In this document: positions 8,309 to 16,702 of the stretch, in pieces
How positions within the stretch are numbered: position 1 is the stretch's first letter
Layout: each line of letters begins with the position of its first letter
IMG/VR virus record: IMGVR_UViG_3300023314_000006
Coordinates: 1-33,627 of that record
Direction: 5' to 3' (one strand)
Length of the DNA stretch: 33,627 nucleotides
Origin: a virus
Lineage: Duplodnaviria; Caudoviricetes
Translations under genes and position numbers: made by a program
Notes under the pieces: model-generated
Seen by the model: the letters and a program-made list of their open reading frames with translations, nothing else
Told to the model about the DNA's origin: nothing
The model's database searches: none

Positions 8309-8469
8309 ACTGTAACGATTGAGTAGGTGATAAAAATTGCCAGTAATAGCCGTGAAACAAAGTGCCATCCTGACGGGGCAAAAGACATTTCAGCAAAAGA
8401 TATAATCAGATATGCTCCTAATGTTACAATTAATACGGCAAAAATGCTGCCTGCTGTTTCTTTTTTCAT
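8305..8469 (-). CDS. Small two-TM membrane protein
   Basis: MKKETAGSIFAVLIVTLGAYLIISF...WHFVSRLLLAIFITYSIVTV. Confidence 0.65.
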   Translation of the reverse strand: MKKETAGSIFAVLIVTLGAYLIISFAEMSFAPSGWHFVSRLLLAIFITYSIVTV

Positions 8470-8612
8470 TTGTGTTTCTTTAGATTGTAAATAATAACCC
8501 CGCATATTCCCGCTATGCAGAGCAGAACGCAGCAGGCTATAAGTTCCGGTAGGTGCGTATCCATGCCGACCGGTATCGTGTCGTTAAGGGCGTAGTGTGT
8601 TGGGTAGGTCAT
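8466..8612 (-). CDS. Small single-TM protein (48 aa)
   Basis: Manual translation MTYPTHYALNDTIPVGMDTHLPELIACCVLLCIAGICGVIIYNLKKHK; ATGA overlaps at both ends. Confidence 0.6.
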   Translation of the reverse strand: MTYPTHYALNDTIPVGMDTHLPELIACCVLLCIAGICGVIIYNLKKHK

Positions 8613-9100
8613 GTGGTGGGAGTTAGTAGGTGGTTATGTATGGTGCCGGTAACTTCGACATTTACTGCGTTTTCTGTCAGAGTGAACACTTCGCCATAGT
8701 TGGGGATATATTCTCTGGTTACCCTGTCATATAGTTCGTTGTCATAAAGAACAATAGAATTTTGTTCCCTATAATCACACCTTGGCTCATTATAAATAAT
8801 ATCCATGATGCCATCAGCAAAAAATGCGCCCTTCTTGTATATGATGACAGCGGTGTATGCATCTTTTGCCGAGTAGAAATACAATGACAGAGTAACCTTA
8901 TCCCCCTCGCATATCTCCACTCCGTTCTTATCCTTCATCCCCGTGTACTGCCCGACCGTTTCGCCGATAACCTCATACCTGAATAGCGTATCAGCATCGC
9001 ATATATAGTGCCTGTCAAGGACTTTATCGTAATGGTAGTAGCCGTATATCCACGGATGGAGATTGCCTGTGGACATGCCACGGAATTTAATGGTTCTCAT
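8609..9100 (-). CDS. YopX-family protein
   Basis: MRTIKFRG...W.YG...TVGQYTGMKDKNGVEICEGD...EVTGTIH. Confidence 0.92.
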   Translation of the reverse strand: MRTIKFRGMSTGNLHPWIYGYYHYDKVLDRHYICDADTLFRYEVIGETVGQYTGMKDKNGVEICEGDKVTLSLYFYSAKDAYTAVIIYKKGAFFADGIMDIIYNEPRCDYREQNSIVLYDNELYDRVTREYIPNYGEVFTLTENAVNVEVTGTIHNHLLTPTT

Positions 9101-9269
9101 TTGTTGATTTGTTGGTTTTTGCTTCGTACTCTTCAATTATAGCATTCGCGTCATCTGCGCTATATGCTCCTTCCCCGTAGTAGTTCATGGCCTGCCTCAA
9201 ATGATAATATAAGTCATCCGCTATATCTCTAACAGACCTGTTTTGTTTTTTCTCCTTTTCTGTTTTCAT
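9087..9269 (-). CDS. Hypothetical protein
   Basis: Fits the tightly packed leftward operon. Confidence 0.55.
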   Translation of the reverse strand: MKTEKEKKQNRSVRDIADDLYYHLRQAMNYYGEGAYSADDANAIIEEYEAKTNKSTNENH

Positions 9270-9421
9270 TTCTTTTTGTTTTTAGCTTTATCATTCTTCT
9301 TTTTTATCCGTTCCCGTTTCTGCTCCAGCGTTTCCTGTGGCTTAGCGGGCTTTACCCATCCGGCTATTACGCCGAGTGATGTGTAGGTGTCGTAGGTGAA
9401 TAGTTCTGTATGGCGGATCAT
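9266..9421 (-). CDS. Small Lys-rich hypothetical protein (51 aa)
   Basis: Manual translation MIRHTELFTYDTY...KKKNDKAKNKKK; ATGA overlaps at both ends. Confidence 0.55.
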   Translation of the reverse strand: MIRHTELFTYDTYTSLGVIAGWVKPAKPQETLEQKRERIKKKNDKAKNKKK

Positions 9422-9723
9422 GTGGAATGTGGTTTGTCCCTTCCAAAAACCAATATACTAAGCAGTTCGTTTATTTTTGTATAAAACCCATCGCATTCAT
9501 CTTCGAAGTTTATTTTCCCTGTCGGCTGTATGGGTATGTATTGTTCAAGATATTTGAACGAGTATCTATCTGATGCAATATCTCTCACCTGAATAGACAC
9601 ATCCAAGAATTGCATGTAATTTTTCACATCGCCAACATTCCACATTTCTCCGTTGTCGTCTTTGTACCATAGTTCTACTTCTGGCTCTTCTAATTCGTTA
9701 TTTATTGATACTTTAATGTCCAT
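9418..9723 (-). CDS. Hypothetical acidic protein
   Basis: 101-aa ORF in the operon. Confidence 0.65.
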   Translation of the reverse strand: MDIKVSINNELEEPEVELWYKDDNGEMWNVGDVKNYMQFLDVSIQVRDIASDRYSFKYLEQYIPIQPTGKINFEDECDGFYTKINELLSILVFGRDKPHST

Positions 9724-9836
9724 TACTGTTTCGGTTTTAAAATCACTAATAATATTGCTCTTGTTCTCCTGTCCCGCAGGTTGTTCAGGAATGACACCGT
9801 GAGCTTAGGTGTCCGGCGTGCGTGGCGGCGGCTCAT
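9723..9836 (-). CDS. Small Arg-rich hypothetical protein (37 aa)
   Basis: MSRRHARRTPKLTVSFLNNLRDRRTRAILLVILKPKQ; ATGA and TAATG coupling fill the gap exactly. Confidence 0.45.
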   Translation of the reverse strand: MSRRHARRTPKLTVSFLNNLRDRRTRAILLVILKPKQ

Positions 9837-10000
9837 GATAGCAGGTCATTTATTTTAACCATTTGTATAACCAGTACCAGTGCCATAATCCCCCCTAAAA
9901 TTATATTGAATACTCCACCAGTAGTGTAACATGAGTGGCACACAATACATATCACTATCATTATCGCGACATTCCATATAAATGCTAATAGTAGTTTCAT
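9833..10000 (-). CDS. Small two-TM membrane protein (55 aa)
   Basis: MKLLLAFIWNVAIMIVICIVCHSCYTTGGVFNIILGGIMALVLVIQMVKINDLLS. Confidence 0.55.
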   Translation of the reverse strand: MKLLLAFIWNVAIMIVICIVCHSCYTTGGVFNIILGGIMALVLVIQMVKINDLLS

Positions 10001-10170
10001 TTTACTTTGTTTTTTGATTTTGAATTGTAAGAGCCTATGCGCAGGCCGGTGTTGGGTTTGAGCGGGTGAAGCTCTCGGTATGTCTTAGGCTTGTCTTTTG
10101 GTTGTGGCATGTACGTTATCACATCTGAACTGTCGATGAATATGCCGCGTTCTATTATCTCGGTTACCAT
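9997..10170 (-). CDS. Hypothetical protein (57 aa)
   Basis: MVTEIIERGIFIDSSDVITY...; overlaps both neighbours. Confidence 0.5.
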   Translation of the reverse strand: MVTEIIERGIFIDSSDVITYMPQPKDKPKTYRELHPLKPNTGLRIGSYNSKSKNKVK

Positions 10171-10352
10171 TTTGCCTTTTTTCTTTTAGTTTCATATTCA
10201 CTAATGAACATTCCGGAGAACACGCTGGATATGGCGATAAGCCCAAACCTTCCCTCTGCTGGCCATTCTCTAACATCGAAGGCTAGCGACAGAAATACCC
10301 CCGCGAAATAGACCAGTGTTGTTACTAAAAATGCAATTAAGAAGTGTCTCAT
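10164..10352 (-). CDS. Small two-TM membrane protein
   Basis: MRHFLIAFLVTTLVYFAGVFLSLAFDVREWPAEGRFGLIAISSVFSGMF. Confidence 0.65.
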   Translation of the reverse strand: MRHFLIAFLVTTLVYFAGVFLSLAFDVREWPAEGRFGLIAISSVFSGMFISEYETKRKKAKW

Positions 10353-10353
10353 C

Positions 10354-10653
10354 TTACCCTATTTTAGCCGAGGTGAGTAATGCGGTGATGTGGTCTTTCT
10401 CCGACTGCTGCATAATGGCGCACTGTAGGACATATTCCAGCATCTTCACCATGTCGGGAACGGCCAATGGGTTAATGCCTGCACCGTAGGTCGAATTGAC
10501 TGCGGTAATAATGGCAATGCCGCTAATATCGCGTCCATCCTGCGAGTAAGTACTGGCTATAAGTGTGTCTGCGGTTTGAACATCGCCGTGGTCGTAGTAC
10601 CATTCTCCGGCTACCATTCCGTCCTTTATCTGCTTACTCGTTAAGTTGCTCAT
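10354..10653 (-). CDS. Hypothetical phage protein
   Basis: GEW...AI..AVN...GINP.AVPDM...L pattern common in phage early proteins. Confidence 0.7.
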   Translation of the reverse strand: MSNLTSKQIKDGMVAGEWYYDHGDVQTADTLIASTYSQDGRDISGIAIITAVNSTYGAGINPLAVPDMVKMLEYVLQCAIMQQSEKDHITALLTSAKIG

Positions 10654-10814
10654 GTGATCTGTTTTTGAAGGTGTGCGATAAGTGCTTTTATGTTGTCTTG
10701 GTCGAGGTAATGGGTATAGGTATAATCCGCTGTTGTTACCTCTACGGGCACTTCATTGTCTGGGTCTTTTTCTAAAAATAAAACTTCGATATATTCTCCT
10801 TTGAGTGTTACCAT
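10650..10814 (-). CDS. Hypothetical protein (54 aa)
   Basis: MVTLKGEYIEVLF...YLDQDNIKALIAHLQKQIT; ATGA coupling. Confidence 0.55.
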   Translation of the reverse strand: MVTLKGEYIEVLFLEKDPDNEVPVEVTTADYTYTHYLDQDNIKALIAHLQKQIT

Positions 10815-10818
10815 CTTC

Positions 10819-11232
10819 TTATGCTTTACCTGCGTTAACTAATTTCCTTTGAGTGTTCATGGCGATGGCGTGCTTGTAACTAACTGATGCCATGTGTTCT
10901 TCTGTGTACATATCTCTGCCACCACTCGATATCATCCCCTGCATTGCCGCTATTGCTGCTGCGTTGATGAATTCGGTATCTGGGGTGGCAATTGGTGTAA
11001 TTGTCAGTATATTAAACCCGACAATTTCAAACCCTTCTGACAAGTACCACGGCTCATCGGCAAACTGCAAAAAGCCAAGGTCTAAGCTGTAACAAACGGC
11101 TTTATTTTCGCCGAGTGGCATGACTTCCTTGTAGTGAGTGTACTCTTTGCACATTACTTGCATCGCCTCGCTTTGTTCCGGCGTTTCGCACCTTACGGCG
11201 ATTTTCTTTCCTATTAGGTCTGTTATTTGCAT
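10819..11232 (-). CDS. Two-module hypothetical phage protein
   Basis: N-terminal IAVRCETPEQ module and C-terminal AAIAAMQGMIS...SYKHAIAM module; start MQITDL. Confidence 0.7.
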   Translation of the reverse strand: MQITDLIGKKIAVRCETPEQSEAMQVMCKEYTHYKEVMPLGENKAVCYSLDLGFLQFADEPWYLSEGFEIVGFNILTITPIATPDTEFINAAAIAAMQGMISSGGRDMYTEEHMASVSYKHAIAMNTQRKLVNAGKA

Positions 11233-11281
11233 GTTGTTTAGTTTTTTCGCCCAGAAACCCCGCATGGAGCGGGGGGGGTGG

Positions 11282-11602
11282 TTAGGAAAGTTTGTTTTCG
11301 TCGTATTGTTCAAATGTAATAACAACAGCAGACCGTTGCATTTTACCGGACTTGTAGTATTCCCGCCACATATCTGTATTGTCCTCGCCTTCACCTTCAA
11401 GTAGGAATACTACATCTGGGTGTTTTTGGCTGAATGCCCGCATATCTTTTTGATGGTCGTACCATTTACACGCATCAGCGGTAAATCCGTTTTTGTCAAA
11501 TGCGTACTGTGCATTTTCGTTCTCATCCCTGAATTGTTCTATCAGGTTATCCGTATCGTTGCCGCTAATTATAGATAGCGTGTGGCATGTGTAGTATCCC
11601 AT
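11282..11602 (-). CDS. Hypothetical phage protein, first gene of the leftward arm
   Basis: MGYYT...KWYDH..DM..FS..HP..VF.L.GEGE...W..Y...GK. Confidence 0.8.
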   Translation of the reverse strand: MGYYTCHTLSIISGNDTDNLIEQFRDENENAQYAFDKNGFTADACKWYDHQKDMRAFSQKHPDVVFLLEGEGEDNTDMWREYYKSGKMQRSAVVITFEQYDENKLS

Positions 11603-11621
11603 TTTTCCCGTTTTGTTTCGA

Positions 11622-11652
11622 CAAAAGTAATACAGGGGATTGGAACTACAAA
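11622..11652 (-). promoter_or_regulatory. Leftward early promoter
   Basis: TTTG-N19-TACTTTTG. Confidence 0.8.
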
Positions 11653-11676
11653 ATTTATTTTATTTTTTATTTGCAA

Positions 11677-11707
11677 TTTGGTTTTTCGGATTTAATTAGT
11701 ACATTTG
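11677..11707 (+). promoter_or_regulatory. Rightward early promoter
   Basis: TTTG-N19-TACATTTG. Confidence 0.8.
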
Positions 11708-11726
11708 CTGAAACAAACGATAAACA

Positions 11727-11957
11727 ATGGCTAAAGAGAGCAGTTTTACAAAGTGGGCGCAGGTAGCAAAAAAAGTAGGGATAGACAACACCGCAATGCA
11801 CAATTTCAAGACGGGCGCATATGGTAGGTTGTCGCCGACCGAGATTAGTAAAGTGCGCAAGGCTATCCAATTAGGGCATGCCGCTGATATTGCCCTACTT
11901 GATGCAGCGGTAAAATTTCATACACCTAAAACCGACACTACAGCATGCGCACAGTAA
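11727..11957 (+). CDS. Putative Cro-like HTH protein
   Basis: WAQVAKKVGIDNTAMHNFKTG has HTH periodicity; first gene after the divergent promoter. Confidence 0.55.
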   Translation: MAKESSFTKWAQVAKKVGIDNTAMHNFKTGAYGRLSPTEISKVRKAIQLGHAADIALLDAAVKFHTPKTDTTACAQ

Positions 11958-12166
11958 AACAGTGGCTTGAAAGTATAGCCGATGAGAAAGTGAGGCGCAA
12001 AGCCATAGGTTACACATCGAGGTTAAGCGGGGACAGGGAGAAATCCAGCCTATACTTTTCGATAGTAAATGCCTTTTTTTGGGACGACACAGAAGAAGGG
12101 CATAAATATTGGCAGCGCATCGCTAATGATGCTCGTTCCGGCACCCTTAAAACCATCGAACCATGA
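11945..12166 (+). CDS. Hypothetical phage protein
   Basis: KQWLESI...AFFWDDTEEGHKYW. Confidence 0.7.
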   Translation: MRTVKQWLESIADEKVRRKAIGYTSRLSGDREKSSLYFSIVNAFFWDDTEEGHKYWQRIANDARSGTLKTIEP

Positions 12167-12569
12167 TAGATCCAAAAGAACTTATGATCAATAACTATGT
12201 GTCAAGTATCTGCCACAAGGGGCTAATAACACAGGTTAAATCGCTAACGCCTACAGTCATATCATTATGGTGTAACCCATTTGCAAACTACAAGCCGGAA
12301 GAAATAGACCCCATCCCCCTCACCCCTGAGATACTGGATAAGTGCGGGTTGTGAAGCATAGTGATGGTAGTTGGCAGTACCATTGTCTTGAAGCATCGGT
12401 TCTAAGCCTGTCGGATGGTAAGTATGCAGCATTTGGACATTATGACAGCTATACTGGCGGCGATTGTTGGTGTACTACACAGTGGACTGTGGCCTATCCT
12501 GCATCGCTTCATATCCTGCAGAACCTAATTTACGCCATCACCGGCTCACATTTAAACGTTGACTTATGA
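12163..12569 (+). pseudogene. Frameshifted phage protein, split into 12163-12354 and 12342-12569
   Basis: The halves match the N-terminus (MIDPKEL..NYV...PIPLTPEIL.KCG) and C-terminus (LH.LQNL.YA.TG..L) of one common Bacteroidota phage family; adding one T at about 12350 restores CGFVKH. Confidence 0.7.
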
Positions 12570-12844
12570 CACCAATACAAAAAGCGATAGCGCAGATAGA
12601 GGCTGATGTAAAATTTAGCCTAAACGATACAGGTGCTTACTCCATGGGCAAGCGTGACGCATGGCTTTTAACGGCTCATCGGTTACGTAAACTGCTGCCG
12701 GAAGAAGAGAAGTTTGCGGAGAGTGCGCATAACACAGGCAAGTATTACGGATGGAATGACCCGGAAAGAAAAACATTCCCCGACTATTACTCACAATTCA
12801 AAACACAGAACGATGACAAAGAGAAAAACCCCACCTTCATTTAA
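12566..12844 (+). CDS. Hypothetical phage protein
   Basis: MTPIQKAI...LLPEEEKFAESAHN.G...DYY.Q. Confidence 0.7.
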   Translation: MTPIQKAIAQIEADVKFSLNDTGAYSMGKRDAWLLTAHRLRKLLPEEEKFAESAHNTGKYYGWNDPERKTFPDYYSQFKTQNDDKEKNPTFI

Positions 12845-13331
12845 CAGGGATACTGATTATTTATTCAATAAAGATACCGGGGATCGGATACGTGAATATG
12901 AGGCGCAAGGCCTTACTATAATTCAATGCGATAATATACATAAGTGGATTAGAAAGAATTTCGGAAATGCATCCGAATGCACTCATTGCAAAACAACAAC
13001 ATCAAAAAGGTATGAATGGGCTTTAATCCATGGGAAAAAATACGAAAGAAATATAGATAATTTCATGCCGCTTTGCTCTAAATGTCATAGAAATTATGAT
13101 AAAACGCCCCTAAGCCAAGTTACCCTTTTAAGGCATATTGCGGCCAACAAAGTGCCAAGAGAGAAGTTTTTTGAAAAGATTCGGAAGGGATGCACCCTAA
13201 AAAAGGGGGATATATTTTTATCTTTTAAATCAATTAGGGAGTGTTGCAATTTTTTTGGATTTAAAAGGCAGGGCGGACTTTTCAAGAAAGACAAATCTTT
13301 TTATAAAGGCTATTTATTCGAACGATTATGA
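12813..13331 (+). CDS. HNH homing-endonuclease-like protein with a NUMOD1-like C-terminus
   Basis: IHKWIRKNFG.A..CTHC...YEWA...Y.R...NF..LCSKCH..YD and FKSIREC..FFG. Confidence 0.7.
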   Translation: MTKRKTPPSFNRDTDYLFNKDTGDRIREYEAQGLTIIQCDNIHKWIRKNFGNASECTHCKTTTSKRYEWALIHGKKYERNIDNFMPLCSKCHRNYDKTPLSQVTLLRHIAANKVPREKFFEKIRKGCTLKKGDIFLSFKSIRECCNFFGFKRQGGLFKKDKSFYKGYLFERL

Positions 13332-13546
13332 AAACAGCAGAACAGAAGGTTAAAGCGAAGTGGCCGGATGCGGTAGTTGATCACTGGCCTGTAAAAACTG
13401 CAGGAGTGACTAAAATGTACTGGCCTTGTAAATATTGCATTAATGCAAATCCAAAAGGTAAGTATAATGACATTAGCGGAATGCACGACACCGAACAGGC
13501 CGCATGGTCAAACGCAGCTAAATCCATAGAAGATGAGCAAAACTAA
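13328..13546 (+). CDS. Hypothetical protein
   Basis: MKTAEQKVK..WPDA...TEQAAWSNAA. Confidence 0.65.
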   Translation: MKTAEQKVKAKWPDAVVDHWPVKTAGVTKMYWPCKYCINANPKGKYNDISGMHDTEQAAWSNAAKSIEDEQN

Positions 13547-13760
13547 ACTTACGCCCAATCAGGCTGACATGGTACGGAAGATGCGGGGTGGATGTTCTGA
13601 TTTCAGAAAAACCAACTCGCACATAGGGGTATATACTTTTTGTAAAGGCAGGGGCCACATCAACACAGCCACAGCCAACGCACTAATCAACAAAGGCATG
13701 GTAACGCAGCAAAATGGCGTGTACCGATTGAGTGATGAGGGTAAAAATGTGGAGATATGA
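13533..13760 (+). CDS. Putative winged-helix protein
   Basis: KLTPNQ...TANALINKGMV...YRLSDEGK. Confidence 0.55.
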   Translation: MSKTKLTPNQADMVRKMRGGCSDFRKTNSHIGVYTFCKGRGHINTATANALINKGMVTQQNGVYRLSDEGKNVEI

Positions 13761-13948
13761 GCAGCGACGCATCCATCGACACGATAGCCCCTGTAGCCCT
13801 GAAGGTAATGGGGGAGTTGGACAACATAGGAGATATTGAATCCTATTCTGCAAGTAAGGATATCGAAAAATCAGCCGCCACCTTCGACCCGCTACAGATA
13901 TTCGAGGCGGTGTATAATGGGATAACCCTTTTAAATCAACAGAAATGA
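13757..13948 (+). CDS. Hypothetical protein
   Basis: ATGA coupling at both ends. Confidence 0.55.
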   Translation: MSSDASIDTIAPVALKVMGELDNIGDIESYSASKDIEKSAATFDPLQIFEAVYNGITLLNQQK

Positions 13949-14352
13949 CACCACAAGAACTACTAACGCCACGCTATAAGTGCATAGCAGACTACCCAGA
14001 TAACACCCGCCAAGTAGGCGACATAATTGTTGTAGAGCAAAAAGAAAGGTCAGATGAATGGTATAACCAGCATCTATCGTTTTTCAACAGATACCCGCAC
14101 CTATTCCAGCCCTTGCAGTGGTGGGAGTACAGGGAGCTGAAGGATATGCCGGAGTATGTGAGCGGGCATAGTAAAATAATAGATATCAACAAGGAAAAAG
14201 TCATACATGCTAAGTGGAGGTTGCGCCACGGACAACTTCAAGTACTTAACATGGAATTTGAGCATCAAAGGGATTGGTTTTCTGTTGATAGTTACACGCT
14301 CACCCCCGCCACTCAATCCGAATACGAAACTTATATAAACAGCAAGAAATGA
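13945..14352 (+). CDS. Hypothetical phage protein
   Basis: LL.PRYK.IADYP....VGDI...YPHLF..L.WWE.R...DMP.YV. Confidence 0.75.
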   Translation: MTPQELLTPRYKCIADYPDNTRQVGDIIVVEQKERSDEWYNQHLSFFNRYPHLFQPLQWWEYRELKDMPEYVSGHSKIIDINKEKVIHAKWRLRHGQLQVLNMEFEHQRDWFSVDSYTLTPATQSEYETYINSKK

Positions 14353-14651
14353 CAACATACGAAAAAGAACTACGCAAGCTGGCCGAAGAAATGGCGGCAG
14401 AGGAGCATAATAAAGGCTATAGGTCAGCCATGTATGACCGAGACTGGCCGGCATGGGTAGACGCAATGAAAGAGCGGCGCATGGATAAAATTGTTGAGGT
14501 AGAAATCAATAAGCACTTACCACTTGCCGCCATTGCGCTCCGGTATGCAGCGGGTAAGGTCAGGGAAACGCATAGCGACCTATGGTGCGGTGACCCCGCA
14601 CGCACATCAGCCGATTACATTCATTCACTAGGACTAACGCCTGCCATATGA
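14349..14651 (+). CDS. Hypothetical protein
   Basis: ATGA coupling. Confidence 0.65.
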   Translation: MTTYEKELRKLAEEMAAEEHNKGYRSAMYDRDWPAWVDAMKERRMDKIVEVEINKHLPLAAIALRYAAGKVRETHSDLWCGDPARTSADYIHSLGLTPAI

Positions 14652-15139
14652 CAACGATAATCACCAACGGCCAAGAATGGCTTTTTGTGGAAGTGCCGGA
14701 AGGGAGCTTCAATTACGAGGTGTTAATGCAAAACTCAGGGGATGCCCGCCTATTTTGGGATAAAAAAGAAAATGGATATGTAATATTAGATGATTACGAT
14801 GAAGGGATAGACCTACCATCTGGCTCATACACCATACACGCCATATCCGACACCATCACGGAGGAACAGGCGGCAGAGGTGGTAGGCATGAGAATAATAC
14901 ATGTTTTAAAATCAGGGTTGCCGCTCCCGGCAGATGAGCCATGTGCTTATAGTGGCTGTCCAAGTAAATGTACAACTCGCCATTGGGCAATGCTATATGA
15001 GGGCGAATATAGTGATGATGTTATAGGTGCAGGTATGCCTGTCTGTGCTTTACATTCAGAAGATTCGCTAGACGCGTTCCAATCCCTTCTCCGTTCCCAC
15101 AACCTCACTGCAAGGTATGCAGTATTGAAACGTATATGA
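14648..15139 (+). CDS. Hypothetical phage protein with a Cys/His-rich segment
   Basis: LFVEVPEG...ITEEQAAEVV...AFQSLLRS frame around CAYSGCPSKC...CALH. Confidence 0.7.
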   Translation: MTTIITNGQEWLFVEVPEGSFNYEVLMQNSGDARLFWDKKENGYVILDDYDEGIDLPSGSYTIHAISDTITEEQAAEVVGMRIIHVLKSGLPLPADEPCAYSGCPSKCTTRHWAMLYEGEYSDDVIGAGMPVCALHSEDSLDAFQSLLRSHNLTARYAVLKRI

Positions 15140-15627
15140 AACGAACAATCGAAAGTATCAAAGAAAAAGAGGTAGTACACTGCAAGACCGAAGCCGAGGC
15201 GGTAGCATTTTGTAAGATGATGCACGAGGCGGGTTTGAAGTGGCTTGATGGGGATAGTTACGTACGAACATCAGAGTTTGATAAGCGCAAGGAGTGTACG
15301 TGTTATTCTCCTAAAAGTGGAGCATACGTTTCTATTTCATTCGCTACCGAGAGTGGCTACACCATCACCCCCGCTACTGACTTTATCCCCGACACGACCG
15401 AGCAGGTAAAGCCCGAACATGTAAAACATCCGGCGCATTACAACACCGGCAAGATAGAGGTGGGCGAATTTATCCAAGACCAAGACCTTAATTTTTATTC
15501 AGGCAATGCGGTTAAGTACATCTGCCGGGCTGGTAAGAAACCGGGCAATAGCGAGGTGCAGGACTTGAAAAAGGGGATACAGTGTATGTTGAACAGGGTA
15601 GAGTATTTAGAACGTAACCAAAAATAA
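15136..15627 (+). CDS. DUF3310-domain fusion protein
   Basis: C-terminal VKHPAHYNTGKIE...NFYSGNAVKYICRAGKK...DLKK; N-terminal VVHCKTEAEA module. Confidence 0.85.
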   Translation: MKRTIESIKEKEVVHCKTEAEAVAFCKMMHEAGLKWLDGDSYVRTSEFDKRKECTCYSPKSGAYVSISFATESGYTITPATDFIPDTTEQVKPEHVKHPAHYNTGKIEVGEFIQDQDLNFYSGNAVKYICRAGKKPGNSEVQDLKKGIQCMLNRVEYLERNQK

Positions 15628-15634
15628 CAGAAAA

Positions 15635-15943
15635 ATGAAAAAAATCTACATCAGCGGCAAGATAGGAAATCTGCCCATCGAAGAGGCGAAAGCCAAGTTT
15701 CAAAAACAAGCCGACATTATAAGGGCGGCAGGACACCAACCTATGAACCCGTTTGATAACGGCGTAGTGTGTCCGCCAGATATGCCAATTGCAGAACAGT
15801 GGAACATGCACATGAGGGCTGATATTATTATGCTCATGGAGTGCGATGAATGCCACATGCTGCCATGCTGGGTAACAAGTAAGGGCGCAGGTATTGAGCG
15901 TGAAATAGCGGCATCTATCGGTATTCCTGTAATCTATTTGTAA
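15635..15943 (+). CDS. DUF4406 (nucleoside 2-deoxyribosyltransferase-like) protein
   Basis: KIYISGKI...F...G..PMNP...MRADI..L.ECD...ML..W..SKGA.IE. Confidence 0.9.
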   Translation: MKKIYISGKIGNLPIEEAKAKFQKQADIIRAAGHQPMNPFDNGVVCPPDMPIAEQWNMHMRADIIMLMECDECHMLPCWVTSKGAGIEREIAASIGIPVIYL

Positions 15944-15982
15944 AGTAAACTAACCGTTACCGGAACGAAACCGGAGAAATAT

Positions 15983-16225
15983 ATGGAACTCAAAATCGAT
16001 ATTAAGGAAAGAGAATTATGGGCAAGCAAAGATAATAGCACTTGCCTGCAGAAAGCATTGCCAGAAGAGCCAGTATTTGTGTTGTTGGCTCGGGATGCCA
16101 CATCGGCTAAGACCGTCGTTCACTGGATAGGCGATAATTTACACAGGAATGAAAACGAGCTCCGTGATGCATTTGAATGCGCTATGGCAATGAAATCATA
16201 CAGGGAACGAATTAAAAAAGCATAG
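15983..16225 (+). CDS. Hypothetical phage protein
   Basis: [12 protein letters not shown]...V..W. Confidence 0.7.
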   Translation: MELKIDIKERELWASKDNSTCLQKALPEEPVFVLLARDATSAKTVVHWIGDNLHRNENELRDAFECAMAMKSYRERIKKA

Positions 16226-16227
16226 TC

Positions 16228-16656
16228 ATGAAAATCCAAATAATCAACAAGTCGAAACACCCGAACCCATCGTATCAGACAGCAGGGGCTGCCGCTGTGG
16301 ATCTAACGGCGAATTTATACGGTGACATAGATATGCTGCCGCATTGCATGGCTATAATCAATACGGGGCTGTATCTCTCCATTCCTTGCGGGTATGAGGC
16401 TCAAATACGCCCAAGAAGCGGACTTGCTTACAAGGGTATTACAGTAATGAATTCGCCGGGGACCATAGACAGCGACTACCGAGGGGAAATTAAGGTATTG
16501 CTGATAAACCACACATCACAAAAATACACTGTTCACAACGGCGACCGTATCGCTCAGATGGTCTTCGCAAAGTGCGAACGGGCTGAATTTGAGGCTGTGG
16601 AGGTGCTGACGGACACCGAGCGGGGGAATGGTGGATTTGGGAGTACGGGGAAGTGA
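16228..16656 (+). CDS. dut: Trimeric dUTPase
   Basis: [43 protein letters not shown]. Confidence 0.98.
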   Translation: MKIQIINKSKHPNPSYQTAGAAAVDLTANLYGDIDMLPHCMAIINTGLYLSIPCGYEAQIRPRSGLAYKGITVMNSPGTIDSDYRGEIKVLLINHTSQKYTVHNGDRIAQMVFAKCERAEFEAVEVLTDTERGNGGFGSTGK

Positions 16657-16702
16657 GTAAGTCGGCAATTCCGACATAGTGATAATCATTAAACAAAACA
16701 AC

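Noticed and set aside
11271-11278. G8 tract as a phase-variation switch
   Set aside because: Intergenic, forms one arm of a hairpin and is not within a promoter spacer
1041-11404. Plus-strand ORFs opposite the leftward early arm
   Set aside because: Shadows of tightly coupled minus-strand genes
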